Source: a virus
Length of the DNA: 64,000 bases
IMG/VR virus record: IMGVR_UViG_3300017917_001008
Location: 1 to 64,000 of that record
Direction: 5' to 3' (one strand)
Positions 47,759 to 55,412 of the stretch are shown piece after piece. The translations under genes and the position numbers were made by a program. Numbering within the stretch: the first letter of the stretch is position 1; the number at the start of each line of letters is the position of its first letter. A model generated the notes under the pieces. The model worked only from the letters and a program-made list of their open reading frames with translations. It made no database searches and had not been told where the DNA came from.

Positions 47759-47932
47759 TTACTTTTTAGGTAGAGTGAACCAGGTGAAATCTAGTGTGAT
47801 GAATATCAAACCTAGACGTAGCCTGGTAAAATCTATCCAGGTCTCTGGTTTAATTTCCATTTCTCCTTGGTCTAATATTACCCCAGCTACTACTTCTGAG
47901 CCACTTATCAATACTATCTTAAATTGGAACAT
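47759..47932 (-). CDS. small hydrophobic hypothetical protein
   Basis: ATG at 47932 follows the upstream stop; start uncertain. Confidence 0.5.
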   Translation of the reverse strand: MFQFKIVLISGSEVVAGVILDQGEMEIKPETWIDFTRLRLGLIFITLDFTWFTLPKK

Positions 47933-47934
47933 GG

Positions 47935-48369
47935 TTATTTCTTTTCTACGGTGAAGGGATGTTTCATCATAAAGCAGTCTTCTGGCCAACCCATGTGCCG
48001 CTTAAATCCATTGATAAAACTTTGTATATTACTAGCCCCAACAGGGTTGTGACTATGTACACTGCAAGCATTGAGCTTGAGGTTATTCTGCTCTATGTAC
48101 TTGGCTAACCACTGGGCACAATGCAGGCCCGTTTTCTCTACATAGTTTTCGTACTCCGGAATCTGGTGACCCTTCTCTAACATCTGGTCAAAGTAGTCAT
48201 CCATGTGTTCCTTGGCCAGGTCATGGTCAAAGGAGATGAGATCAGGTATACCCTCGTTTAGAATATACTGTACAAACTCATCAAAGTTTCTCACTACGTC
48301 CCATTCCTGATACCCAGGAATCGTAGCAGTGGGTGTACGAACATCATCCAAATAGAGTGCTTTTTTCAT
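47935..48369 (-). CDS. cyclic-phosphate-processing receiver-like domain protein
   Basis: LYLDDVRTP...ISFDHDL...KTG...HSHNPVG motifs. Confidence 0.8.
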   Translation of the reverse strand: MKKALYLDDVRTPTATIPGYQEWDVVRNFDEFVQYILNEGIPDLISFDHDLAKEHMDDYFDQMLEKGHQIPEYENYVEKTGLHCAQWLAKYIEQNNLKLNACSVHSHNPVGASNIQSFINGFKRHMGWPEDCFMMKHPFTVEKK

Positions 48370-48752
48370 ATGGGTAATGGAGTTTCTAATAATTCTATAC
48401 GTCTTTTAAGTTCCTCGTTTTGTATCTGCAGGTTCCGAATTTGTATCATACACTGTTCAGATACATTAGACAGGCATTTTAATGCGGTGACTATTTCTGG
48501 AAAATAAGTGTTTGATCCCTGGCTTACTAATACCTCATTATCTATAAGAACATCAACTTTGATGTTAATACCTGCTGGTAAATATCCGCTGTGGATACCA
48601 AGCTTTTGAGTCAGGTTATAATCATATTCATGGTTTATTCCAGCGTCTATACCAATTTTTAGATTATCAGCTAACCAAGCTTTCATTTCATCATGAAGGA
48701 AGAACCTGGGTTTCTCCCCCGGCTTGTGGTCCTTCAGTATTTGGTCTATCAT
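48366..48752 (-). CDS. hypothetical protein with C-terminal coiled coil
   Basis: ATGA overlap with the downstream gene. Confidence 0.6.
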   Translation of the reverse strand: MIDQILKDHKPGEKPRFFLHDEMKAWLADNLKIGIDAGINHEYDYNLTQKLGIHSGYLPAGINIKVDVLIDNEVLVSQGSNTYFPEIVTALKCLSNVSEQCMIQIRNLQIQNEELKRRIELLETPLPI

Positions 48753-48906
48753 TTTCTAGGATTGTGGTTCCTTTAACAGGAGGTTTCAGATAGGGACAAT
48801 GGAGACAACCGTTTCCACAGCAGTAACCACGTTTAATGTGATAGGCTGCCGTGAAAACTATGCGTCCATTATCTGTATAGTAGTCCTCTTCACTAAGCTT
48901 TTTCAT
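48691..48906 (-). CDS. small Cys-rich protein (DUF5522-like)
   Basis: DYY...VFTAAYHIKRGYCCGNGCLHCPY; likely start MKKLS at 48906. Confidence 0.75.
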   Translation of the reverse strand: MKKLSEEDYYTDNGRIVFTAAYHIKRGYCCGNGCLHCPYLKPPVKGTTILENDRPNTEGPQAGGETQVLPS

Positions 48907-49555
48907 ATCCAAATGCCAATAGAGAATGTTCAAACGGATTACCCGGAATATTCTGTACCTGCTCCAGCATCTGCTGAGCAATGTGACGGATCTCTACTTG
49001 TGCATGTTCATCATTACGGAGCTTCTGAAAATGCATAAAGCTTCTGAAGTTGAACTGTACATCAGCTGTAATCTGAGAGTTATATGTCTTAAAGAACCTG
49101 GCGGATTCTTTAGCTCGTTTACGTCCCAGGATTGGGGTAAGCTCTTCTAGACATTTATGGTAAGCTGCATCAGCTGCTTGAGTATGATACTCCAGCTGAT
49201 TAACCCACTTTTCCAAAACTTTATCGGGTCCTTGTGTTTCATGACCCATACTCCAGTCTACTGGGATATAGAACTTATCTTCTTTAAGCTCTTTATACCT
49301 GGCTGATTCTGCGTTTACTGATACACCTACACGGTGTTTGATCAGATGTATATGAGATGCTATATCTGTTGTGACTAAGAAATGCAGGGTGCTTTTCTCA
49401 AACGGAGTGTGGTGACCTTCAAACGCCAGCATCTTTAACAGAGCTGGTACACGGTCTTTTTTCTGATCATAGTCTCTACTGGTACTGGTCCACGCAGACA
49501 TGGCGTGCTCCTTATCTCCTCCGTACCAGCCTAATAATTCTACAGTATTATTCAT
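48893..49555 (-). CDS. thyX: flavin-dependent thymidylate synthase
   Basis: GHHTPFEK, HLIKHR-x7-SARY, and NFRSFMHFQKLR...HAQVEIR. Confidence 0.92.
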   Translation of the reverse strand: MNNTVELLGWYGGDKEHAMSAWTSTSRDYDQKKDRVPALLKMLAFEGHHTPFEKSTLHFLVTTDIASHIHLIKHRVGVSVNAESARYKELKEDKFYIPVDWSMGHETQGPDKVLEKWVNQLEYHTQAADAAYHKCLEELTPILGRKRAKESARFFKTYNSQITADVQFNFRSFMHFQKLRNDEHAQVEIRHIAQQMLEQVQNIPGNPFEHSLLAFGYEKA

Positions 49556-49940
49556 TGTTGGTTTCTTTTAGTAAGCGTTCACACTCAGCTTTCCACATAT
49601 TGTGGTCTACCATGATGATAGGTACGTTACATTCATTCACGCTAGCAAATGTTTTCTCTTCATAGTTATCATCCAGGTGCCAAACAAACTCAGTTCCTTT
49701 CAGATAGGTATGCTTCCACTGCATGCAGGTAAATCTTACTTTCCAGCGTGGAATACCTAAGTCGTCTATCACTTCCCATAGATCATCTATAGTGGGATTA
49801 AGACCATATTTGTGTTTATGGTTTTCATCCCAACGGGTTGTAGTAACCCAGATATCATGTCCTTGAGCCATTAGCTCACGTGCAAAGTCTTGCACCGGTT
49901 TTTCTGACAGCGTACCGTCAAAGTCAAAGGATACTTTCAT
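49548..49940 (-). CDS. HAD-superfamily phosphatase-like protein
   Basis: SFDFDGTL motif I, VTTTR motif II, HLDDN motif IV. Confidence 0.8.
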   Translation of the reverse strand: MKVSFDFDGTLSEKPVQDFARELMAQGHDIWVTTTRWDENHKHKYGLNPTIDDLWEVIDDLGIPRWKVRFTCMQWKHTYLKGTEFVWHLDDNYEEKTFASVNECNVPIIMVDHNMWKAECERLLKETNNE

Positions 49941-49941
49941 A

Positions 49942-50040
49942 TTAATTAAATAGGGTTTTGAGGATCCAGGACCACAAGTAATAACTTGTTATCATTACAG
50001 CTGACCATGTAATGATGAAGGCCCAGTTAAGTTTTTTCAT
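49942..50040 (-). CDS. 32-aa single-pass membrane microprotein (not in ORF track)
   Basis: MKKLNWAFIITWSAVMITSYYLWSWILKTLFN*; fills the gap exactly, overlapping the upstream stop and ending 1 nt before ATG 49940. Confidence 0.65.
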   Translation of the reverse strand: MKKLNWAFIITWSAVMITSYYLWSWILKTLFN

Positions 50041-50311
50041 CTAATAGGATTTTTCTGTTACAGTAGTCTATCTTCTCCTGGTCACCTTCTTTAATAGCAG
50101 ATAACCGGGGTGCTATCTCTTTTTTCAGTATTTCTGAAAACACTCTGCCTCGTTTAGCACAGGCATGTTGTATAACACTTGCTGAAACACCAAGCTTAGC
50201 AGCAGCTTTCTTGTAGCTGTCAAATACAGCAATCAGCTGCTGCTTAGTCGGGTCGTAAATCTTAACACAGGTATTGTCTCCAATTTGGTTTACACTAACT
50301 ATTTTCAACAT
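50027..50311 (-). CDS. NUMOD1-like HTH DNA-binding protein
   Basis: IYD...LIAVFDSYKKAAAKLGVSASVIQHAC. Confidence 0.6.
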   Translation of the reverse strand: MLKIVSVNQIGDNTCVKIYDPTKQQLIAVFDSYKKAAAKLGVSASVIQHACAKRGRVFSEILKKEIAPRLSAIKEGDQEKIDYCNRKILLDEKT

Positions 50312-50361
50312 ACGGATAGGGTAGGAATGTAAAATTAGAGAACTTCTGTAAGTTCTACAAA

Positions 50362-50583
50362 TTAATCTATAGTCACATTACTTTCACTTGCCAGCTGGTA
50401 TAGTTTATCACGTGCTTCTTGTAGAGCATCATGAGCTTCTTGGGTAAGCTTTTCATTATACTTCAGCTGTGCACGCAGGTGCTGGTCTATATTCCAGAGT
50501 ACATGTTTGTAGTCAGATCCATGTACTGCCATTTCAAAATCCACCTGGTCTTCAGGCAGGTTAAACTCAAGAATTGCTTTCAT
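50362..50583 (-). CDS. hypothetical phage protein
   Basis: MKAILEFNLPED start; tight operon packing. Confidence 0.7.
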   Translation of the reverse strand: MKAILEFNLPEDQVDFEMAVHGSDYKHVLWNIDQHLRAQLKYNEKLTQEAHDALQEARDKLYQLASESNVTID

Positions 50584-50812
50584 AGTAGTACTGTCTTATT
50601 TTGGCACCCAGTTCCATGTCATTGGGTGTGTCCTCAATCATGTACACCGGAACCATAATACACTCTACAGGAGAGTTCTTAAACTTTTTTTCCAGGCCGT
50701 AACAGTTTTTACAGAGCTGTCCGGCTCCTTCCACATAACCAACACGTTGGTCAACATGGGTGGTTTCATCGTACGGAGTTTCAGATCCGCACATAATACA
50801 ACGGTCTTTCAT
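50567..50812 (-). CDS. small Zn-ribbon-like protein
   Basis: CIMC...YVEGAGQLCKNC. Confidence 0.65.
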   Translation of the reverse strand: MKDRCIMCGSETPYDETTHVDQRVGYVEGAGQLCKNCYGLEKKFKNSPVECIMVPVYMIEDTPNDMELGAKIRQYYYESNS

Positions 50813-50813
50813 G

Positions 50814-51038
50814 TCATTCGGATTCTGTAGTTAAATTAAACTGGTCACCAATAACTCGGATGGTTTTACCAAGCATTTTAGCCAGGTTCTTTACAGCTTC
50901 TGGATCAAGTGAGTTAAGCCACTCATCCTGCTTTTCTTCAGGACAGTCTTCAAAACAGGTGGGTTGTCTGCTTTCTTCATCTTCAAACTTGTGGAAGATG
51001 TAAATACCACTAAGGCTTCTTCTGTTTACTTTTTCCAT
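50814..51038 (-). CDS. hypothetical protein
   Basis: Operon packing only. Confidence 0.6.
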   Translation of the reverse strand: MEKVNRRSLSGIYIFHKFEDEESRQPTCFEDCPEEKQDEWLNSLDPEAVKNLAKMLGKTIRVIGDQFNLTTESE

Positions 51039-51210
51039 TTTGCTTATCTAAGATTTTTGGTTTAGGTAAGTTCCAGTGATACTCACATTTACCGTCTTCT
51101 ACAGGAGGAGTTGAGAAGTATGTCTGGTATTCTGAAGGAGTGGCCCAGTACCTGTAACAGTTTTCTGCCAGTGGACAGCCAGTCCCTTTGCACATAGTAA
51201 TATCTGGCAT
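51010..51210 (-). CDS. small Cys-rich phage protein
   Basis: MPDITMC...CPLAENCYRY...CEY. Confidence 0.7.
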   Translation of the reverse strand: MPDITMCKGTGCPLAENCYRYWATPSEYQTYFSTPPVEDGKCEYHWNLPKPKILDKQNGKSKQKKP

Positions 51211-51212
51211 AG

Positions 51213-51905
51213 TTAGATAGTTAATATGTTACCATATGATGTCAGCCCTTTGTCAAACCGTCCGTCCCATACGCAGGCTGCGTTAGAGAATACAGTGGGC
51301 GTCAGGCTGTAGTGAGATACACCTTGGTTAGTATCTACACCATCCATATTGTGGATGTGACCAAAGCATACCAGCTTCAGCTGATCTCTCATTTTCCAGC
51401 AGCGTTTCATAAGAGCACTGCAGCCACACATCTCAAGCTTACCGTCACGGTCAAAGCTTAGATCACGTACGCCTTTGGGTGGCCCGTGTACAATCAGTAC
51501 ATCAGTGTCCTCTGGTATAGTATCCCATACACGGTTAATCTTCTCTCTGGCTTTCATAAATGCCCAGTTACCAAATCGTGGCGTGTGAGGTGATCCCCAA
51601 AACTTAACACCGTCTATAATGGTAGCTGTATTCTCCAGATATATAATGCCGGCTGCTGCAAAATCACCAGGGGTAACATTACGGAGCTCAATTGAAGTGT
51701 CATGGTTACCTGCTACATAGATTTTGTGCTTTACAGGTACATCCTTGTACCAGTCTATAAACGCTCTCACTTCAGGTTCATTCCACATAGTGCTGTAGTA
51801 GTTAGAACAGTCCCCACTGTGCACCACTACATCTATATCTTTGAACCTTTCCATAGGAAAGTCTTTATGGAATCCATGAGTGTCGGAAATATGCAAGAGT
51901 TTCAT
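51213..51905 (-). CDS. metallophosphoesterase (MPPED/239FB-like)
   Basis: ISDTHG, HSGD, AGNHD, VHGPP and FGHIH motifs. Confidence 0.9.
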   Translation of the reverse strand: MKLLHISDTHGFHKDFPMERFKDIDVVVHSGDCSNYYSTMWNEPEVRAFIDWYKDVPVKHKIYVAGNHDTSIELRNVTPGDFAAAGIIYLENTATIIDGVKFWGSPHTPRFGNWAFMKAREKINRVWDTIPEDTDVLIVHGPPKGVRDLSFDRDGKLEMCGCSALMKRCWKMRDQLKLVCFGHIHNMDGVDTNQGVSHYSLTPTVFSNAACVWDGRFDKGLTSYGNILTI

Positions 51906-52063
51906 TTGTCTTCTAGCTTGTTTATGTTCTGAACTACAGCATCACACAGACTTGTCATCAGATTTTCATAGTCTGTTTGGTCCATGGTTTGTTCAAGACC
52001 ATACCCTTCAACTATAGATAGCAGGTCTTCTTGGATTTGTTCACGTACTTCTTGAATTGTCAT
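51902..52063 (-). CDS. small hypothetical protein
   Basis: Likely start MTIQEV at 52063; ATGA overlap with the downstream gene. Confidence 0.55.
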   Translation of the reverse strand: MTIQEVREQIQEDLLSIVEGYGLEQTMDQTDYENLMTSLCDAVVQNINKLEDK

Positions 52064-52067
52064 AGTA

Positions 52068-52925
52068 TTAAAATATGTACCGGATACCACTCGGATTAAA
52101 GTATTCTGCATACAGGTTGGTAAAGTCCTGTATCATTTGTTTCTTAAGCTGCCACTTGTAACGGATGTTATCTGCAGCATACTGGGAGTCTTTCTTCTCC
52201 TGGATGTCTGGACGCCATAACAGATGCCGCACCGGTTGCTCATTACGCTCATGCTGCAGTTGATTATGGGTTAAGAAGATGCATTCTGACCGGGTCTCTA
52301 TACCGTGAGATTTAATCTCATGAAACAGTTTTCGGTATTCATCCAGCCAACCTGCTGTATAAATGATAGGAGAGAAGTTAATATGAACCTCCATCTGTTC
52401 CTGCAGACGAGGGATCTGCTCAATACGTGTACGTATCAGATCTGTGTTTGGTTCCAATACATCAGAGTATTTCTGAGGCATCAGGCTGACACGGATCCGG
52501 TGCTTATCTGGTACCAGGCAGTAGCGTTCTGGATAGAACATGCTTGGATACTTAGTGGCAAACGTACTCTTGGCCATAGAATCTTTGTATGAGAAATAGT
52601 CAAAGACCTCTTGCCAGTTGTAGTGTTTAGTCATTAATGGAACGTCTGTACTACACCCAATATCTATTACGTAGTACTTCTCATCACACTGGTTAGGTGT
52701 TTTAGGCCAGGGTTGCCTGCCTACCCACTCATTGATAGAGTGGAGGATCTCCGTAGTATTTAGATTTATATACACCTTGTCATGGTTGTACCTGCCTACA
52801 TAGCAGTAGGATTTCATACAGCCACCAAGGCACCCGTAGATGAAGTTGGGACTCACTGCGTCCGAACTTCTTCCATTTTCCCGGGTAATAAGTGTTTTAG
52901 TATTCTGAGGAATCATCTTCTTCAT
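52068..52925 (-). CDS. spore photoproduct lyase-like radical SAM protein
   Basis: RENGRSSD...PNFIYGCLGGCMKSYCY, DIGCSTD, FATKY, RIRVSLMP, VHINFSPII and RY near the C-terminus. Confidence 0.8.
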   Translation of the reverse strand: MKKMIPQNTKTLITRENGRSSDAVSPNFIYGCLGGCMKSYCYVGRYNHDKVYINLNTTEILHSINEWVGRQPWPKTPNQCDEKYYVIDIGCSTDVPLMTKHYNWQEVFDYFSYKDSMAKSTFATKYPSMFYPERYCLVPDKHRIRVSLMPQKYSDVLEPNTDLIRTRIEQIPRLQEQMEVHINFSPIIYTAGWLDEYRKLFHEIKSHGIETRSECIFLTHNQLQHERNEQPVRHLLWRPDIQEKKDSQYAADNIRYKWQLKKQMIQDFTNLYAEYFNPSGIRYIF

Positions 52926-53760
52926 TATCTAATATGTTGGCTTGTAAAAGAACTTCTTTGACCATGCCGGCTAAGTCTTCTATACTACCATCATTGGTGA
53001 TTACATAGTCAAAATCATAATGATCCAGACCCACCTCACTTGGATGATCGTTGGTTGGCTTAACACCCGGTCTGTTAACACGGATGATAATACCACCTGC
53101 TTTCTTAATAGCTTCTGCTTCATTCTCAAAGCGGGTGTCTGTAATGATCCAGTCTGGATATACAGGATGACCTGGTAACTGACGTAGATCAAGGTATGAT
53201 CCGTCTGATAGTACATATGACTGGTCTGTAATAGGTACATACTCACTCATGAGGGCATTCACCCATACGTTAGTGTGTAGTCCTGTGCGGAGACCTTCCG
53301 TACCAAGCTTTTGTAAGAAGTCTCGTACACTTGTTTGTTGCATATCAACTACATATTCCATTCTGAATACACCATACGCATTAATTAAATGTGGTATATC
53401 AGCTTCAGCTTCTTCTTTGGAACTATACCTTCCTTTTTTAAACATAAGTTTACCATTACTGATAACTGATATAGTCCAGAAATCCCATTCAGGACCTAGA
53501 TTAGTCTTCTTGAACTCCTGGTCTTCAAATTTTTCCATTGGAATACCGGTGAGCATAGACGCCACCTCTTTTAATTTACCTGCCCACTTCTTGATTTCCC
53601 AGTCAGTGGTATCCACAAGCCAGTCTTTATAGCTTGGGTAGTCTTCAATGACATCCTGTAAAGTGACATGTTCTGTCTCTGGTGCGTGTAAGAACTGTAT
53701 GATCTTACCTACCAAGTCTTTCCCGGAGCCTGCATAACCTGATATTGCTATTAATGCCAT
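52897..53760 (-). CDS. deoxynucleoside monophosphate kinase
   Basis: ISGYAGSGKD P-loop, RDFLQKLGTE, WIITDTRFENE, HPSE and NDGS. Confidence 0.9.
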   Translation of the reverse strand: MALIAISGYAGSGKDLVGKIIQFLHAPETEHVTLQDVIEDYPSYKDWLVDTTDWEIKKWAGKLKEVASMLTGIPMEKFEDQEFKKTNLGPEWDFWTISVISNGKLMFKKGRYSSKEEAEADIPHLINAYGVFRMEYVVDMQQTSVRDFLQKLGTEGLRTGLHTNVWVNALMSEYVPITDQSYVLSDGSYLDLRQLPGHPVYPDWIITDTRFENEAEAIKKAGGIIIRVNRPGVKPTNDHPSEVGLDHYDFDYVITNDGSIEDLAGMVKEVLLQANILDNEEDDSSEY

Positions 53761-53761
53761 A

Positions 53762-53857
53762 TTATTTGAGTTTGGTTTTTACTCGGTTATTAGTTTTACC
53801 AGTGTAGCTTACAGACTGCATACAGGAGCCTGCATAGCCGTTAATACCGATTATCAT
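53762..53857 (-). pseudogene. remnant 5' end of a second dNMP kinase allele (31-aa ORF)
   Basis: MIIGINGYAGS-CMQSVSYTGK...*; shares TATGCAGGCTCC with the start of the intact kinase gene. Confidence 0.7.
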
Positions 53858-53860
53858 AGT

Positions 53861-54208
53861 TTATTGATTGTTTATTTCTGGAAAAGGAAGACCGTCTGCC
53901 TTCCACGATTCTGCTTCTTGTTTAGTTCTTACAAGTCCTTGAGTGGATTTAATACGTTGTAAGTAACTCCTCTGTATAGTTTTAGCTGCTACAGGTGCAC
54001 TACTGGTTAAATGATACCCGTTACAAAATTTACATCGGTAGTATCTACATTGTTCTGCTTTCTTTCCTCTGCGTTTATACCGTCTTTTAGTATGAGAGTC
54101 ATGCATTTTACCTTTAGCCTTCAGTCTGATCATTGCTTCTTTAGCTGCACCTGGTGAGGGAAACCGGGTTTTACCGGTTGCACTGCACTTACTCAGGTTC
54201 AGGTCCAT
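53861..54208 (-). CDS. basic Zn-finger-like hypothetical protein
   Basis: CSATGKTRF...A...YRCKFCNGYHLTS. Confidence 0.65.
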   Translation of the reverse strand: MDLNLSKCSATGKTRFPSPGAAKEAMIRLKAKGKMHDSHTKRRYKRRGKKAEQCRYYRCKFCNGYHLTSSAPVAAKTIQRSYLQRIKSTQGLVRTKQEAESWKADGLPFPEINNQ

Positions 54209-54539
54209 ACTTATCTATTAAGTGTTTGTCAATGATTTCTGTGACTTCTTCCATGTCCTCTTTCTTCAGAGAGAAGAGCTGCTCCGTTAGTACCATGATG
54301 TATACCAGATCCACCTGATCCAGGTTTTTCTTTACAGCAAGTACTTGTTGGCTATCTCCTAACAGGTCACAAACCTGATTGATAGCTGCCCTTGTTTTAG
54401 CAAGAGCCTGACCGATTGCATACTTTTGTTTTTGTGATGTAGCTGCTTTGGCATAGTCCAATCTCACTTCTATGCACTTAAGATGTTGCATGAGATTCAT
54501 GAACAACTCACCAACTGTGTCTCTGTGTAATTCTGCCAT
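54189..54539 (-). CDS. hypothetical helical protein
   Basis: Operon packing only. Confidence 0.65.
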   Translation of the reverse strand: MAELHRDTVGELFMNLMQHLKCIEVRLDYAKAATSQKQKYAIGQALAKTRAAINQVCDLLGDSQQVLAVKKNLDQVDLVYIMVLTEQLFSLKKEDMEEVTEIIDKHLIDKYGPEPE

Positions 54540-54554
54540 AGGATAAGAATTATA

Positions 54555-54577
54555 GGAGGGGAGTGTTAATCCCCTCC
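54555..54577 (-). terminator. GC-rich hairpin (weak terminator or RNA-stability stem)
   Basis: GGAGGGGA-N7-TCCCCTCC perfect 8-bp stem with a poor U-tract. Confidence 0.5.
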
Positions 54578-54586
54578 CTGTTGGTT

Positions 54587-55402
54587 TTATAGAAACATAA
54601 CCCCGTAGTTACCTACAGGCTCTTCAACTAATTCTGGTTCAGGAACTGTTACCGGTGCCTGTACAGCAGGAGCTGGTACAGACTGAAGCTGTCCAAACTC
54701 ATCTATAAAGAACCGGTGTAACACTTCATGGTCTTGTAAGAAAGACTGTGGGTGTGATTCCTTAAGAGCTACCGTTACATTGTTGTACATAGCCCATGCA
54801 CTGTCAGGATCTGCATTGTAATTGAAAGACGGTTTGTCCATCTCACGTTTTACAATGCCCACCTGGGTCAGTGTCAGGATCTCCTGTTCTGCAAAGAGGC
54901 GTCCCAGTATGGTGCCTTTTTGTTTGGGAGATAATATGACATTCTTAAGTAGTTCTTTATCCTGTACAAGCGTACTGAAGTATTCCTTTGCACTACCAAT
55001 CTGGTCTTTGATACTGTTCACTGCTTCATATAGAGCAGATCCTGTGTGCTTACGTACGTAGCTTGCCATGTCTCCACTCACTACACCGTTCATGCATACA
55101 AATACATGACCGCCAATAGCACACTTAAACCGCATGCTCTTGTTGTAGGAGTTGCTCCAGGCAAACATCAGTCCCATATCAGGATCGTTACCATAGTCTA
55201 AATGATAAACGCCCTGTGCTACCTGTCCGTCAAATGTACACTTGTACAGCTCGTTCTTTACATTGAAGCCTGCTGCTGTTAATTCTTTCCTGGTCTCGTC
55301 TATAATGTCCCCATGGGGAATAACTGTATATGTCTTCCCATGCTGGGGAAGAGGTGTTTGTCTGATATGCTCTTCTGTGACAAACGTTGTCTTTACTGGC
55401 AT
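54587..55402 (-). CDS. DUF932/DUF945-like protein
   Basis: TYTVIPH, NSYNKS...GGHVFVCMNG, RKHT and AWAMYN. Confidence 0.75.
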   Translation of the reverse strand: MPVKTTFVTEEHIRQTPLPQHGKTYTVIPHGDIIDETRKELTAAGFNVKNELYKCTFDGQVAQGVYHLDYGNDPDMGLMFAWSNSYNKSMRFKCAIGGHVFVCMNGVVSGDMASYVRKHTGSALYEAVNSIKDQIGSAKEYFSTLVQDKELLKNVILSPKQKGTILGRLFAEQEILTLTQVGIVKREMDKPSFNYNADPDSAWAMYNNVTVALKESHPQSFLQDHEVLHRFFIDEFGQLQSVPAPAVQAPVTVPEPELVEEPVGNYGVMFL

Positions 55403-55412
55403 ATTTTAATGT

